Positions 37,396 through 49,834 of a stretch of DNA of 64,000 nt are shown here, piece after piece. Source of the stretch: Okamejei kenojei. Its lineage: Eukaryota. How positions within the stretch are numbered: the stretch's first letter is position 1; every line of letters starts with the position of its first letter. Under the pieces are notes generated by a model. It was not told where the DNA came from and searched no databases. It saw only the letters and a program-made list of their open reading frames with translations. The stretch is from the NCBI GenBank assembly GCA_035221665.1, contig CM069145.1:21762001-21826000 (forward strand). Reading direction: 5' to 3'. A program made the translations under genes and the position numbers.

Positions 37396-39329
37396 GTAGC
37401 GTAAGCAAGCTAAGTGAACATGGTAATGACAGCAGCGAAATAAAATTGTCACTTGTTATCAAAGTGGACAATCTGAAAACTGATATCCCAGACAATAAAT
37501 CATGATTTGATTACTATATAGGGAGCATTTGGTGCAAACTGAAACTGTACCAGGCTTACACCATTTACTTCCTAGGGATGAAGACATCCATTCTCTGCTT
37601 ACAGACAGAGGAGCTTAGTGGAACATTCAACATTGAATTGAGTCAGGACTACCTCATTTATGAAAGCAAGTTTAGTGAGAAAGACTCCACGTAGATTGAG
37701 GTTGATGGGGGAATGGGTGGAAGGTGGAGGTCACATAAATTGAACAAAGAGACATTCTATGAGGAATGGGATATGGGAGCCAGTCACCATATGGGAGGAA
37801 TCAAGCTCTATTTGCAGTGGGGTGGCACCTCATAGTTGCCAAAGGGTTAAGGTGTAAGCCAGACTCCCTTAGAGAGGAGTGGTCTGGTGGGACCTAGGCT
37901 CCATAATACTGGAGACAGACCATGAGGCATGGGATGAAGGGTGGAAGACACCATGAGTAAGAATGGCGGGAGCAAAGATAGATCTTTCAAGGAAGAGTGG
38001 GGAAGTGGGATGTTCCCTACTGTGGTTGAGGTGAGACAGACTCCATGAGAAGGATCTGACCCTGTATCGAGGTACAGTTAAGGAGAAAGTAAGGTCAGTT
38101 TTCCATTGAAATCAATGGGTTTAAGCAAATCCAATTCTGTTTTCACTGCAGGAGACATAAAAATAAAAATAAATAAAAATGATTGTCCAAGGCATCATGA
38201 TCGATTTAAAAAGAAGCATTTCAAATCAGGGTGTCCGATATTTACTAATTAGCACTATTGTTTACCTGACCTACATTACTATGCAGTGTCTCCCTTGCTA
38301 AGTATGCCTCTGCTCTCTCGTGTTATTTAGCTCTCTCTTGTTATTTAGCTTCAGGAGCACACGTGATACAGGTCTGTTTTTATTGAGGGTTGCCAGCATC
38401 TACAGTATTTTGATTTTCATGATATAAGCTTGCATCATTCAAATCAGAACTTGATTGCAGGCTAGTTAATCGTGGGTGGGTGTCAGGTCAATTAGGACCT
38501 CATAAGTACTATTTAAAAATAGCTAAGGAATTATAGTTGTCCGGCAGCTGCATAATTCAACACCACGTGCAAACAGCGGTAGATAAGAATTAAAATAATT
38601 ATAGCCCAACCCCATGTATTTTTCAAAATGTAATCATTTATATATAGGATTAACTGTCAGGGCTTTCTCTTGTAGTTCCTGCTTAAGATCTTTAAATATG
38701 ACAAGCTGAGCAGTTCCCACTAGCTGCAGGGAAAACTATTAACAGCATATTCCTTGTGATAGTTAGACACAATTCTGTGATCCCTGTATAATTACTGTAT
38801 TTTAAATCTTCAAAAGTAAATCATATTTATTATATCACAGCCCTCACAATTATACTTGTCTCAAAATACACTGGAAGTGGAAGAAAATGGCCTCAATTTA
38901 GTGATAGTTTAACCCTTTAACAATTACATGAAACTTTTCTTTAAGCAGCTGATGGAATTATTTCAATATGTTTTAAAATAATGATTTTGCTTTAAATGCA
39001 ATGGGAAGCTTCTGAAGAGCAAACACTTATCCCTGCAGACTGTTGGCTTCTTAAAGTTCTTTGAAGTCTCTTTAAGAATCTTGCAGTACAGACTTCTGAA
39101 GATCTTAGAGAAAGGGGGATGTTAGCGGCTGGCAGATAGGTGGCAATGGCAGCCTCAAGAAAATGTCTACTATGTGCATGTCCAGGAAAATTAAATGGCT
39201 TGCTGCCGCTGGTGCCAAAGGTAACACCACAGTGAATGCGTCTCTCTTTTCATTTCCCAAGTAAATGAAGTCTCTAACAAATCAGATGAACAACGTCTAC
39301 AACTACCCCTTGACTCCTTCCTCAAAGCC

Positions 39330-40030
39330 AATTTAGAGTCCAGTCGCCCTGCTCACCTTGGATCCCATGGGATCTAACCTTCCAGATTGGCTAATCCATG
39401 CAAGACTTTGCCAAAGGCCTTGCTAATGAGCATGCAGACAATACCTGCCCTGACCAATCCTCTTGGTGACCTCTTCAAAACAACTTAGATTTATTTGTGA
39501 TCAGATATGTGAACCATAATATTCCATGCACAAAGCAATGCTGACTATGTCTCATCAGTCCGTGACTATCCAAATGCTGTCCCTAAGAATCCCCTCTAAC
39601 AGCATCAGGCTCATCTGTCAGTAGTTCCCTGGTATGCCCTCGCTGTCCTTCTTAAATAATGTTACAACATTAACCACCCTCCAGTCTTCCGGATCTTCAC
39701 CTTCGGCTAAAGTTGATGTAAATATCTCTGCAAATATCTCCGCAAATCGCTCCCTAACTTCCTACAAGGTCTGGGGATGCATTTGGTCAGGCCCTAGTAA
39801 TTTATCTACCTTAATGTGCTTTAAAACCTCTAATCCCCTTTGTTACTAATTCATTAATGATCTAGAATATCACAATTCCTATGCCACAATTCCTTAGCTT
39901 AATTGATCTTCTCAGTAAAAATGGATGAGTAGTATCTACTTAATATCTCCACCATCTCTAATGGCTCCATACAAAGATAACCATGCTGATATTTAAGGGA
40001 ATCTATTCTTCTCCTAGCCACCCTTCTACT
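39330..40030 (-). mobile_element. Old CR1 ORF2 internal fragment
   Basis: Degenerate GPDQMHP and EDWRVVNVVTLFKK motifs. Confidence 0.6.
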
Positions 40031-41527
40031 CTTAGGTAAATAAACTGGATACATTTACAGACCTTCATCAAAGACCTAGCAAATCAATGTCCGCTGAATT
40101 TAAGACTGCTTCACAGTGTAATAATTATCCTGTGTGCTTCACTTAATTGGCGCAAAGTTGAAAGTACTACAACTTTTCCAGTGGTTCGGAAGATTTAACT
40201 TATTTCTGAATTGAAGAATTCAAACTTAGAAGCCTGAAGTGCACTACCTAAGCTTCACGCTTCCAGATTTTAAATCCCATTACTTTTATGATTTAGCATA
40301 GTCAGTGCTTTAAATAGTTAATGTGAAGTGCCTAGTGTCAAAATCTAAACTGCACACCCATCACCATTTTATCCTGCATTGGACATAAAGCAAGATTTGT
40401 AGATTTTTCCTGTGGGGAAATATAATGGTTTACATCAGTCAAAGAGCTGAGTATTTCTCTTGGGTAAATGAGATACTTTCCCATTTGTACAGTTCATATA
40501 ATTTAATTTATTAAATTCTACACGGGCTGTTTTTTTCAATTCTACGGGGGTCTTAATTACGAGCTGACCTACGTGCTGTTTTTTTTTAACTTATTAATAT
40601 CTTTAAAGCAGCAGATTTTCACTTCTATATTTTCAAAGGCAGTAAATTCCCTTGAAATACACAAATTTCCTAATTATATGGCACCATTTATTAATAAAAT
40701 ATTAATTCTGCAATGTGGTATACATAAGTATTTCTCAAGAGAAATAATCCCATAAATACAACCTAGTACTTTAACTCTCATTTAAAAGAGACAGCAATTG
40801 CAAATAACATTTCAATTGGGGAGGATAATGGATGTAGTGATTAAATCTAAAGGCCGGATATAACTAATCATTCAGAGGCTCTTTCTCCTGTTGCTCTGCA
40901 AGCATTAACTTCAAGTACCAATATGAATTCTGTGCTCACCCTTTGAATTTGGACCTGCCAAGCCAAATCAATTGGACAAGTCAGAGGCTTTGTGGATGTT
41001 CTGCAACAAACCACATAGTAAAATCTAACATTCTGCCTGCTTCATATGGAGTAGAGATCAGTAGGTAAGATGCTTGCTGTTCTTTGCATTCTGGAGATGG
41101 TTGAACAAAGGATGAGACTTGAAGCAAGACCTGCAGCTGGGACAAAGACCTTTAAATATCACAGTCATCCCCATTTGTATAAGCTATTTCCAACCACTGG
41201 AGTATTGCCTATTTGTGTATAGTTTTACCAGGGCTCCTTGATATCAATAATGGAAATCAGTTTCTTAATTTCTTGGACCAAGGGTGTGATGAGTTCTGGA
41301 GCTAAGTGGGCATGATCAAACCCAGACTGGGCATCAGTGAATAGGTTTTTGGTGAGAAAGTCCAAATTGATAGCACTGTTGATAACATCTTCCATCACTT
41401 TGTTGATGAAGGTTGAGTGATTGGGTGGTAATTAGCTGGACTGGATTTGTAGGCAAGGCATACTTGGACAGTTTCCACATTGTTCAGGTGGATGCCAGAG
41501 TTGCAACTGTACTGGAACAGCTTAGGA

Positions 41528-41735
41528 TTTCAAGGTTTCAATGTTTCAAGGTCAGTTTATTGTCACATGTACCAATTAAGGTACAGTGAAATTTGAGTTA
41601 CCATACTGCCATACTAAGTGAAAAGCAACAAGACACACAGCCACATAAATTAAAATTTAACATAAACATCCACCACAGCGGCTCCCCCATTCCTCACTGT
41701 GATGGAAGGTAATAAACTCCAATCTTCTCCCTCTT
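41528..41735 (-). mobile_element. 5'-truncated member of the non-tRNA retroposon family
   Basis: TCCATCACAGTG...CGCTGTGGTGGA hairpin, TGACAATAAA and microsatellite tail. Confidence 0.6.
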
Positions 41736-41769
41736 TACTGCTACAGTTGGGAAGGTATCTGGTCCCCTA

Positions 41770-42027
41770 GTCTTCGGTCCACCAAGTCTGCACCAACCAA
41801 TGATCACCCCACACATTAACACTATCCAACCCACACTAGGGACAATTTTACACTTACACCAAGCCAATTAACGTACAAACCGGTATGCCTTTGGAGAGTG
41901 GAGGGAAACTGAAGATTTCTAAGAAAACCCTGGCGGTCACGGGGAGAACATACAAACTCAATACAGACAGCACCCAAAGTCTCCAGCGCTGCACGTGCTG
42001 TAAGGCAGCAACTCTACTGTTCCACCC
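41770..42027 (-). mobile_element. V-SINE (HE1-like), degenerate
   Basis: Homologous to the other copies. Confidence 0.75.
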
Positions 42028-42491
42028 AGGTTAAAGGGTTTCCACAGGGGAATGTAGAGGTGAGGTGTAAAAGCATGCAGAAACTTGTTTGGCAGGCATA
42101 AACAAAAATCAATATTTGCAGCATCAAGGTTAAATAGTGTTTGGTGGTTGAACATGAAGTGCAGAGGTTTTGGTACTAGAAGAGTTTAAGGAGATGAGGA
42201 TATAAGCTGGACTTCAATGAGAACAGTACAACAGCTGTAGAAGGATATTAATGGTAATATAATGGTAATGGTGAAATGACTTAATGATCATACCAGGTCA
42301 TTTTCTCAATGTTAGATCAAATCCCGTTGTGTAGCCAAAGATGCTGGCTCTGCACAATAATTTTTTTCACTATCATTCTAAACATTTTGTAACCGAAGGA
42401 AGTTGAAGGAAGAAAACACTAGAAACACCACCTAGAATGCAGAATTGCCCACAAGGACATTCTATTCTGTTGAACTAAAGGGCTTCTACAG

Positions 42492-43183
42492 CAGTGACGT
42501 GCGGTGAGGTCAATGGCTGGGGCGGCACTGGCTAGTATCAGAGCCAGATTTACACACCTATGAACCTGATAGAGGTAGCTTAAATTCATCATTCAATTGG
42601 CAGGTTGCAAATTGACTATAGGTTAGGCGACCATATGTTTCATATTTCATATCAGCATTCTTTACAACACACGCATACAGGTAAATTACATATTCGATTC
42701 ATGTTTTATAGGCAAATGCAGTTCCACTATTCATACTCATTCAACACAAATGAAAATAAATATTGCATGGCCTTACCTTTACTTGTAAATTAAGTCCATT
42801 TGCCTATCCTTCTGGTCTTCCAGTGTTTATCACTCCCTGTTTTGATTGAAAGTCAAATTTTGAGAAATTTTTAAGGTTAGATATATTGTTTTCCATTTTT
42901 GCAGCCGTTGGAAATTGTTTGCTGGAGCTAGCTAACGTGGAGGGAGAACAAGCATCAATTACGCTGCTCACGTCTCATCTCTCCCTGTATTTGCAGCGGA
43001 ACTCCGTAAATTTGTCAATTTTGACTATAAAAAATGATTGGAATCATACATTTATAACACAGATCAGTGGAAAAATCTTTATATTTATTTTATTTTATTA
43101 ATTTTTTTCTTTACTTTTCGTAACAGCTATTTTCATTGGAGTATGACTGGTGAGGCTCTGCCTCCCCTGACCGCATGTCCCTG
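42492..43183 (-). mobile_element. hAT internal-deletion derivative
   Basis: TIRs CAGTGACGTGCGGTGAGG / CCTGACCGCATGTCCCTG; perfect 8-bp TSD TTCTACAG (42484-42491, 43184-43191). Confidence 0.85.
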
Positions 43184-43735
43184 TTCTACAGATGCGCCTT
43201 AGAAAGCATTTTATCGGGATGCATCACAGCATGGTTTGGGAACAGCTCCATCCAAGACCGCAAGAAATTGCAGAGAATTGTGGACCCAGCCCAGACCATT
43301 CACACAAACCAGCCTCCCTTCCATTGACTCCATTTACACTTCACGCTGCCTCGGCAAGGCTACCAGCATAATCAAGGATGAGTCTCACCTTGGTCACTCC
43401 CTCTTCTCTCCGCTCCCGTCAGGCAAGAGGTACAGAAGTGTGAAAACGCACGACGCCAGATTCAGGGACAGTTTCTTCCCAGCTATTATCAGGCAACTGA
43501 ACCATCTTATCAACAACTAGAGAGTGGTCCTGAGCTGTTATCCATCTTACTAAAGAGTATTGGACTATCTTTAATTGGACTTTAATGGACTTTAACTTGC
43601 ATTACATTGTATTCCCTTTATCATGTATCTGTACACAGTGGATGGCTCGAATGTAACCGTGTTTAGTTTTTCTGCTGACTGGTTAGCACAAAACAAATGT
43701 TACACGTGACAACAAACTAAACTAAACTAAACCAA
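43184..43735 (+). mobile_element. Rex-Babar LINE 3' fragment
   Basis: FYRC..ESILSGCITAWFG; LPSGKRYRS...RFRDSFFPAIIRQLN. Confidence 0.85.
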
Positions 43736-45214
43736 TGCCCTTTGCACCACTTGCTTTTTTCTGACATGCTCCTTGACTTTCAGCTTAGCTTACAATTATT
43801 CTACAAAAAGTTTGCAGAAAATATAATTGTTTGGTGCTTTTTGTTGGGTTTTAGTGCTTGTCATAGCAACCAAAGGGAGTTCTCACTATATTTCAAGTAT
43901 TCAACTCTAACTGCGACTGAGAAAAATATACCAAATCCCTGTTGCATCTAGTTATGCCAACACATACCATCACTCAATTTTCCATCTCATGAATAACAAC
44001 ACAGGCATCAGGAGACAGAGCACAAAGAGATGAAGGAGCAGCTGGTAATAAGCAGGGAAGATTCTTTCTGCAGAAGTTCAGATGTTTGGCCTGAAGTTCG
44101 AGCTTCTCAGTCCGATAGGATCTCCTCTTCAAAAGATGGGAAAACATATGAAAGTACTGCATGAAATGGTGCTACATTTGGATGAGCCCACCACTTAGGA
44201 GGCCTGCATTCTATTGGGAAGCAAGATAAAACAATGTAGATCATTTTTATTCATGACAGGGTGGGGAAGCAGATTCCATAATAATAACAAATAATAATAT
44301 CCTGAAGGGAAAGTGACATAGGCTTGAAAGGAATAACATTCAGAGTGATGAGGAAAGTGTAGAAGAGTGATAACATTTGCGTAATAATAATAGGACTAAC
44401 AGCGACAGCTGCAACATTGTAGTCAATGTGTTGAATGATAAAGGCAAGCATGCCTTCTGCCTTCTTTACCACTCCATCTACTTCTGTTGCCATGTTCTCG
44501 GAGCTATGGCCTTAGACCCCACGATTCCTCTGTACATCAATGCTGTTAAGAGTCTTGCCATTAACTGTGTATTTTCCCCTTACATCGACCTCCCGAAGTG
44601 CAACACCGTACACATGTTCTTCGATTAATCTCCATGCCCGTCTTACTCAGAAGTTATTATTCGTCCTTAATTGCCTCCTGAACTGAAATGCTTGCTAGGT
44701 CATTTCAGAAGCTGGTTCATTTGCCACATGGGTTTTGTTTTCTGTGTCATGAAGTGAACCAGATGTATTTTCACGATTTGCCAATGGATATCATCGTGTT
44801 TTTTTGTTATTTCAGATATAAATAATTAATTGAATTGGATTGCAATGGTCCGGGCTACTGGGAAATAATCCTGTAATTTAACCACTGAGCATCCCATGAT
44901 GATAATTTGAGGGTGGTTCGGTTTTAGTTCCCTGTAATGTGGCCCAGTTTATAGAAGTAGACTACAGAGTTGCAGCAGATCTTGCAGGCCACGAATTCAG
45001 AATCTTGGAAAATGTAATCAATTACAGAGTCAATCCATCAATTAATGAATATGCCAGAAGTGTTTGGAGATACTGGAATTCTGATGTTTCTCTTCATTTA
45101 GTTAAAATCAGTTCAAACCATCAGACTGTCTGGATACTATCCCAGTCCATATACATTTGCAAATGTTCAGTGAAACTTCCTTTACTGCAGATTTTGAATT
45201 GGAAAAACTTATTT

Positions 45215-45547
45215 CTGAAGAAGTAGTCAAAACCCTAAACGTTACCTATCCATATTCTCCGGAAATGCTGCCTGACCCGCTGAGTTACTCCAGAATTTTT
45301 TGTAAACCAGCATCTGCAGTTCCTTGTTTCTGAAAAACCTATTTAGTCAAGATATGAGAAAAAGCCATTATAATAGTCATATTTAAGAAAGAACTGCAGA
45401 TGCTGGAAAAATCGAAGGTAGACAAAAATGCTGAAGAAACTCAACGGGTGAGGCAGCATCTGGGGAGAAGGAATAGGCAACGTTTCGGGTCAAGACCCTT
45501 CTTCAGATACTGCCTCATCCGCTGAGTTTCTCCAGCATTTTTGTCTA
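45215..45547. mobile_element. Two Penelope-derived short elements (45215-45331, 45381-45547)
   Basis: TSDs 45202-45214 / 45332-45344 and 45365-45380 / 45548-45563. Confidence 0.75.
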
Positions 45548-46470
45548 CCATTATAATAGCCATGATGACGCTCAATAATAAATTAATGCCATGCTCTATC
45601 TGTGCATTACGGAGCTTGATATAATATGGTAGTTCCTTCAGTCACACATTGCAGCTAAAATGTTACTTCCTAACTCTAAAGTGCCCCCTTGTGGATAAAA
45701 CTATTTAATGTGTAAATTGTCATTTTGTTCAGAAGCTCTCTTCACTTCAAAATGGATCTATGGAAAGAGATTTCAGATTTACTACCGGCACTGAATTAGA
45801 ATGTATGATTCCCTTTGGAATTGCATAACCTATCTTCATAGAAGGGGGGGAGATATAATAATATAATTTAATATAATTCTGAATGCAAAAACAACAAATA
45901 TGTTTTAAATCTTGAAAATATAATTTGATGAAATTGCTCTAAATAATATAACAGGGAATGATTGATGATAAATTATACAATACCAATCATCTTGATCCAT
46001 TGTTGTATTGGACTATTACATACACAAGTAATTCGATCAGTCAGTCTAATTTTTAACAATACGTAATACCTTTTTAGCGAGTTTATTTTCAGTTATGCTA
46101 GACCAATTACTTACAGTAGATGAAGAGGTTTTTATTACGCTGAAGAACAGTGGACATATAAAGAGCCGGAGGCAAGACTATTTGATTATCGGACAAATTT
46201 GATTTACAATAAAGGTCAATAGACATGGATAGGAAAGGTTTAGAGGGATATGGGCCAAATGTGGGCAATGAGACTAGTGTAGGGGCATCTAGGTCACCCA
46301 TGGGCAGGTTGGGCCAAAGGGCATGTTTCCATGCTGTTTGACTTGATGACTCTAGGAGCCTATGCAAGTGAAAGGGACTATGCCTGGTGTGCCATTCCTG
46401 CTGACGTGGAACTGATGGGCCAGAAGTGAAGTCAATCTGGTCCCTCAATTCTGGGCATTTGTCCTTGCAG

Positions 46471-46591
46471 CATCCAGTGAAGGAGCGAAACGGCCAAATC
46501 ATCATCGCCTCAGCTCCAGCTCGGTCCCAACACATATCGTGATGCACAAGCACAGAAGTCAGGACCAACACGCTCACCCGCACTACTAATG
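46471..46591 (+). CDS. Candidate isolated coding exon, gene unidentified
   Basis: TTTGTCCTTGCAG acceptor; longest open frame SSEGAKRPNHHRLSSSSVPTHIVMHKHRSQDQHAHPHY*; G|GTTGGT donor; 7 CpG in 121 bp. Confidence 0.35.
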
Positions 46592-47445
46592 GTTGGTGGT
46601 TCTCCGTGTACGACATCTGCTAAAAATCACTACTAGTCCACGTATTATCAGGATTTCTTTCAGGATCCACTGTCACAGCGAGTGAATCTGGGCCTCAGAA
46701 AAAAGGATCTTTAAAATATTAACTCAACTGGAGTGAGTTAATTTCAGACTTTCAAAGCTCTGGAGGGAAGGGGCTCTCCTGGAAGGCTCAGAAACTCAGT
46801 TTCTCCCATCAAAATCTAAATGTATAGTCTACAAGATGGAGTTCCAGTGCGCCCTGTGTTCAGCTCTATCCCAGGACCCCACCAGTTGGAATTAGGGCTT
46901 AAGCTCCTCTTTGGCTCTTGGTATTTCTATGGATGGGCAAGCACATGCACAATAAAGGTCATGGTGTAACAGAGACTGTCCCAGTCATGGTGGCCATCAA
47001 CAAATTGGATGGAGCAATAAAATGGATGGTCCTGGTATATGCTTCAACAACAACATCAATGTTATAGATATGAAACATTTATAATGTACTACAATATCCT
47101 AAGATGTTTGAAACAAACATTGGCAGATAATATTCCAGAGGGTGGGTAATGTTGTATATTTATTCAAGGAGGGCTGTACAGACAAGCCAAGGAACTACAG
47201 GTCAGTAAGCCTGAAAAGAAGGGTGGGTAAGTTACTGGAGTGGATTCTGAGGGTTATGATCTATTAGAATTTGGATAAGCAAGGATTGATTAGGGATAGG
47301 TAGAGATTGCAGATGCTGGTTTATACTGAAGATAGACAAAAGGTGCCGGAGTAAATCAGCGGATCAGGCAGCATCTTTGGATAGGTGACGTTAGAGGCCC
47401 CTTCTTGGAGGAGTACATCATCTATGTAAATTAAAGATATTAGCT

Positions 47446-48238
47446 AAAGATAGTGGTGGCACTGTCTAAGCAGCTGCGGCTTGCCTACAGTCCATCTGTC
47501 TTTCTTCATTTTGTCTTGCCAGATGTATGTTTTTGTCTATTTTTACTTGAGTATATGTGCGGGGTGGGAGTAGGAGGACATTTTTTAATCTCTTCTTTCA
47601 ACAGGGATGCGATCTTTTCCTTGTCGTAGCTCCGTTTGTGCTGAGGCCTAACATGTGGAGCTGTAGGCCTCCAACTGGAATCGACCTTGAGGGCTCCGGT
47701 TGCAGAGCCTCTGGACTTACCATCGCGGCTGACTTTGAAGGCTGTGGTGGTGTTGTGGCTGCGACCTGACTTCGGAGCTTCGGAGGCTTCAGCTGTGAGC
47801 CCTGTGGACGGTAACATCGGGAGCTCGCAGGTCCCTGGTTGGTGACCACAGTGAGTTGGTTGGTTGGCAACAGCAGCTTCGTCCGTCCCGAAATGCAGGG
47901 TTTGAATCGGCCCGTTTGCAGGGCCTTTCATCGCCCAGCGCACCTTAGAATCGGCCGCGGGATTTACCATCGCCCAGCAGGGGCTTCAACATCGAGAGCC
48001 TCGATCGCCTTGATGCAGCAGTTTGACTGCCTGACTGCGGGGGAAGAAGCAGGGAAGAGAGAAGACCTTTTTGCATTCCATCATAGTGCCTGGAGATTCA
48101 CTGTGATGGATGTTTGTGTTAAATTGTGTTAATTGTGTCTTTTGGTTGCTTTTTACTGTCATGACAGCATGGTACAAAATTTTGTTCAAACTTGTTTGAA
48201 TGACAATAAATGAAATTCAATTCAATTCAATTCAATTC
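47446..48238 (+). mobile_element. ~0.8-kb non-tRNA retroposon
   Basis: Shared head and GC-rich body with 63280-64000; 3' hairpin 48077-48110; TGACAATAAA plus (TTCAA)n tail. Confidence 0.65.
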
Positions 48239-48496
48239 CACATTTTTGTATGCAAATTTGATTCTATATACTTTCTTTTTCGGAACTGAAGAATTGTTTT
48301 ATGTAATTGTCAATCATCATTATGACTGTGGTAGATTTTTTGTTAGCTTGCTATAATCTAGAACATCAGCAAATAATCCATGATGTTTAAATCCTACCAC
48401 ATCAGATGGGAATGTATAATTGGTTATACAAGCCGTGAATTGTAAACGAGTATCAATAGTGGCGGGGTTTATAAAGTTGGGGGGATCAAGAGTGGC

Positions 48497-48725
48497 GTTT
48501 TGAAGATATTTTTGTATCATTGAATTGGTGTAGATTACAGACATTAATTAGTGCTATAATGCAAACAGTACAGGTCCAATTTTGTAGAACTAGTATCTCA
48601 TCTACCAAGTAGCCACACCATTACTGCTTCTCGTACCAGATTGTATCTGTACTGTTAACGTTATAGAACTCTAATTAATGTCTGTAATCTGCACCTATTC
48701 AACGATACAATAATATCTTCAGAAC
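48497..48725. repeat. Imperfect long inverted repeat
   Basis: 48497-48573 pairs with 48647-48725, with weaker pairing continuing inward. Confidence 0.85.
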
Positions 48726-49834
48726 ATCAATCTGTAATCTCGTGCAAATACAGAAACGGACTTTGTTCATCTCCATCCTTCAGCATCCTTCTAGCAGGAT
48801 CACCTCCCTTTTCGCTTTTGGTAACTACAAATAACTCTCTGCAGGTCCATGAGATTTTATTTCATGCTGGTGAACTGCAGGTAACCAGAGAGGCAACATA
48901 AACGTGGTTATATCTATTGATGCTCTATAGGTAAACTATGCCCAACCCGTGGCCCCGGACATGTGGTAGCATGAAACGACCCTGCTTTTGTTTTGATGGC
49001 GGAGAAAGTATATGTTCATTTGCAATTTGTGTGAATTACCATGTAACATAATGTCAATAATCTTGTTGCCTCCACAGAAGCTGCTTGACCTGCTAAATTC
49101 TTCCAGCACACATTGTTTTTTACTGAACATTGCAACTAAGAATTATATTGCTGTTTTCCCTACACTAATTGTGGATTAACAGTGTTTAAAAAATCTATTC
49201 TGAATGATTCCTTGACCTAATTCTATCAGAATATGTATTCTGTTGTCAATAATCTCCCTTATCTCTTGGAGCCACTGGTCTATGCTAAGCTTCAATTCAC
49301 TGAGCACCAACAGTCCTGGTACCTCATAGAAATAGTTATTTATCCCAATGAAAAACTCAAGGAACCCTCTTCCGTGTGATTAATCAAGGACATCCATTAT
49401 TCAGCACTTGTGGCATGGTATTTGAATATTTCTTTATTAAGCAGGTGAGAAACTGTATTTGTGAGGCAGTCCCTAATGAGTTTATAATGCGCATATCAAA
49501 AACTGAGCAGTTTGTTAAAACAAGGATAGCTGGGGAAATGTCACCAAGCAAGCCATCTATACGAAGAGAAATTACCCATTCCTTCTATGTAGAGATGCTG
49601 CCTGTCCCGCTGAGTTACTCTAGCATCTAGAGAAATGTTGGGTAGCAGACACAATTCTCCCTTGGTTTATTGAAGAGAATGCTAAATTTTGCCTTGTTTT
49701 GGTTGGATTATATTTTGGCTGGTTACATGCCCTTCCAAATTACACATAAAATGTCTTTAATTTTTTTTTTTTTTTTAATGCCCTTCCAGATTACACATAA
49801 AATGTCTTTAATATTTTGTTTCAATTTTTTAATT

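Noticed and set aside
46107-46616. 169-aa minus-strand ORF
   Set aside because: Crosses a CR1 tail in antisense and has no recognisable domain; the plus-strand exon reading has better splice support.
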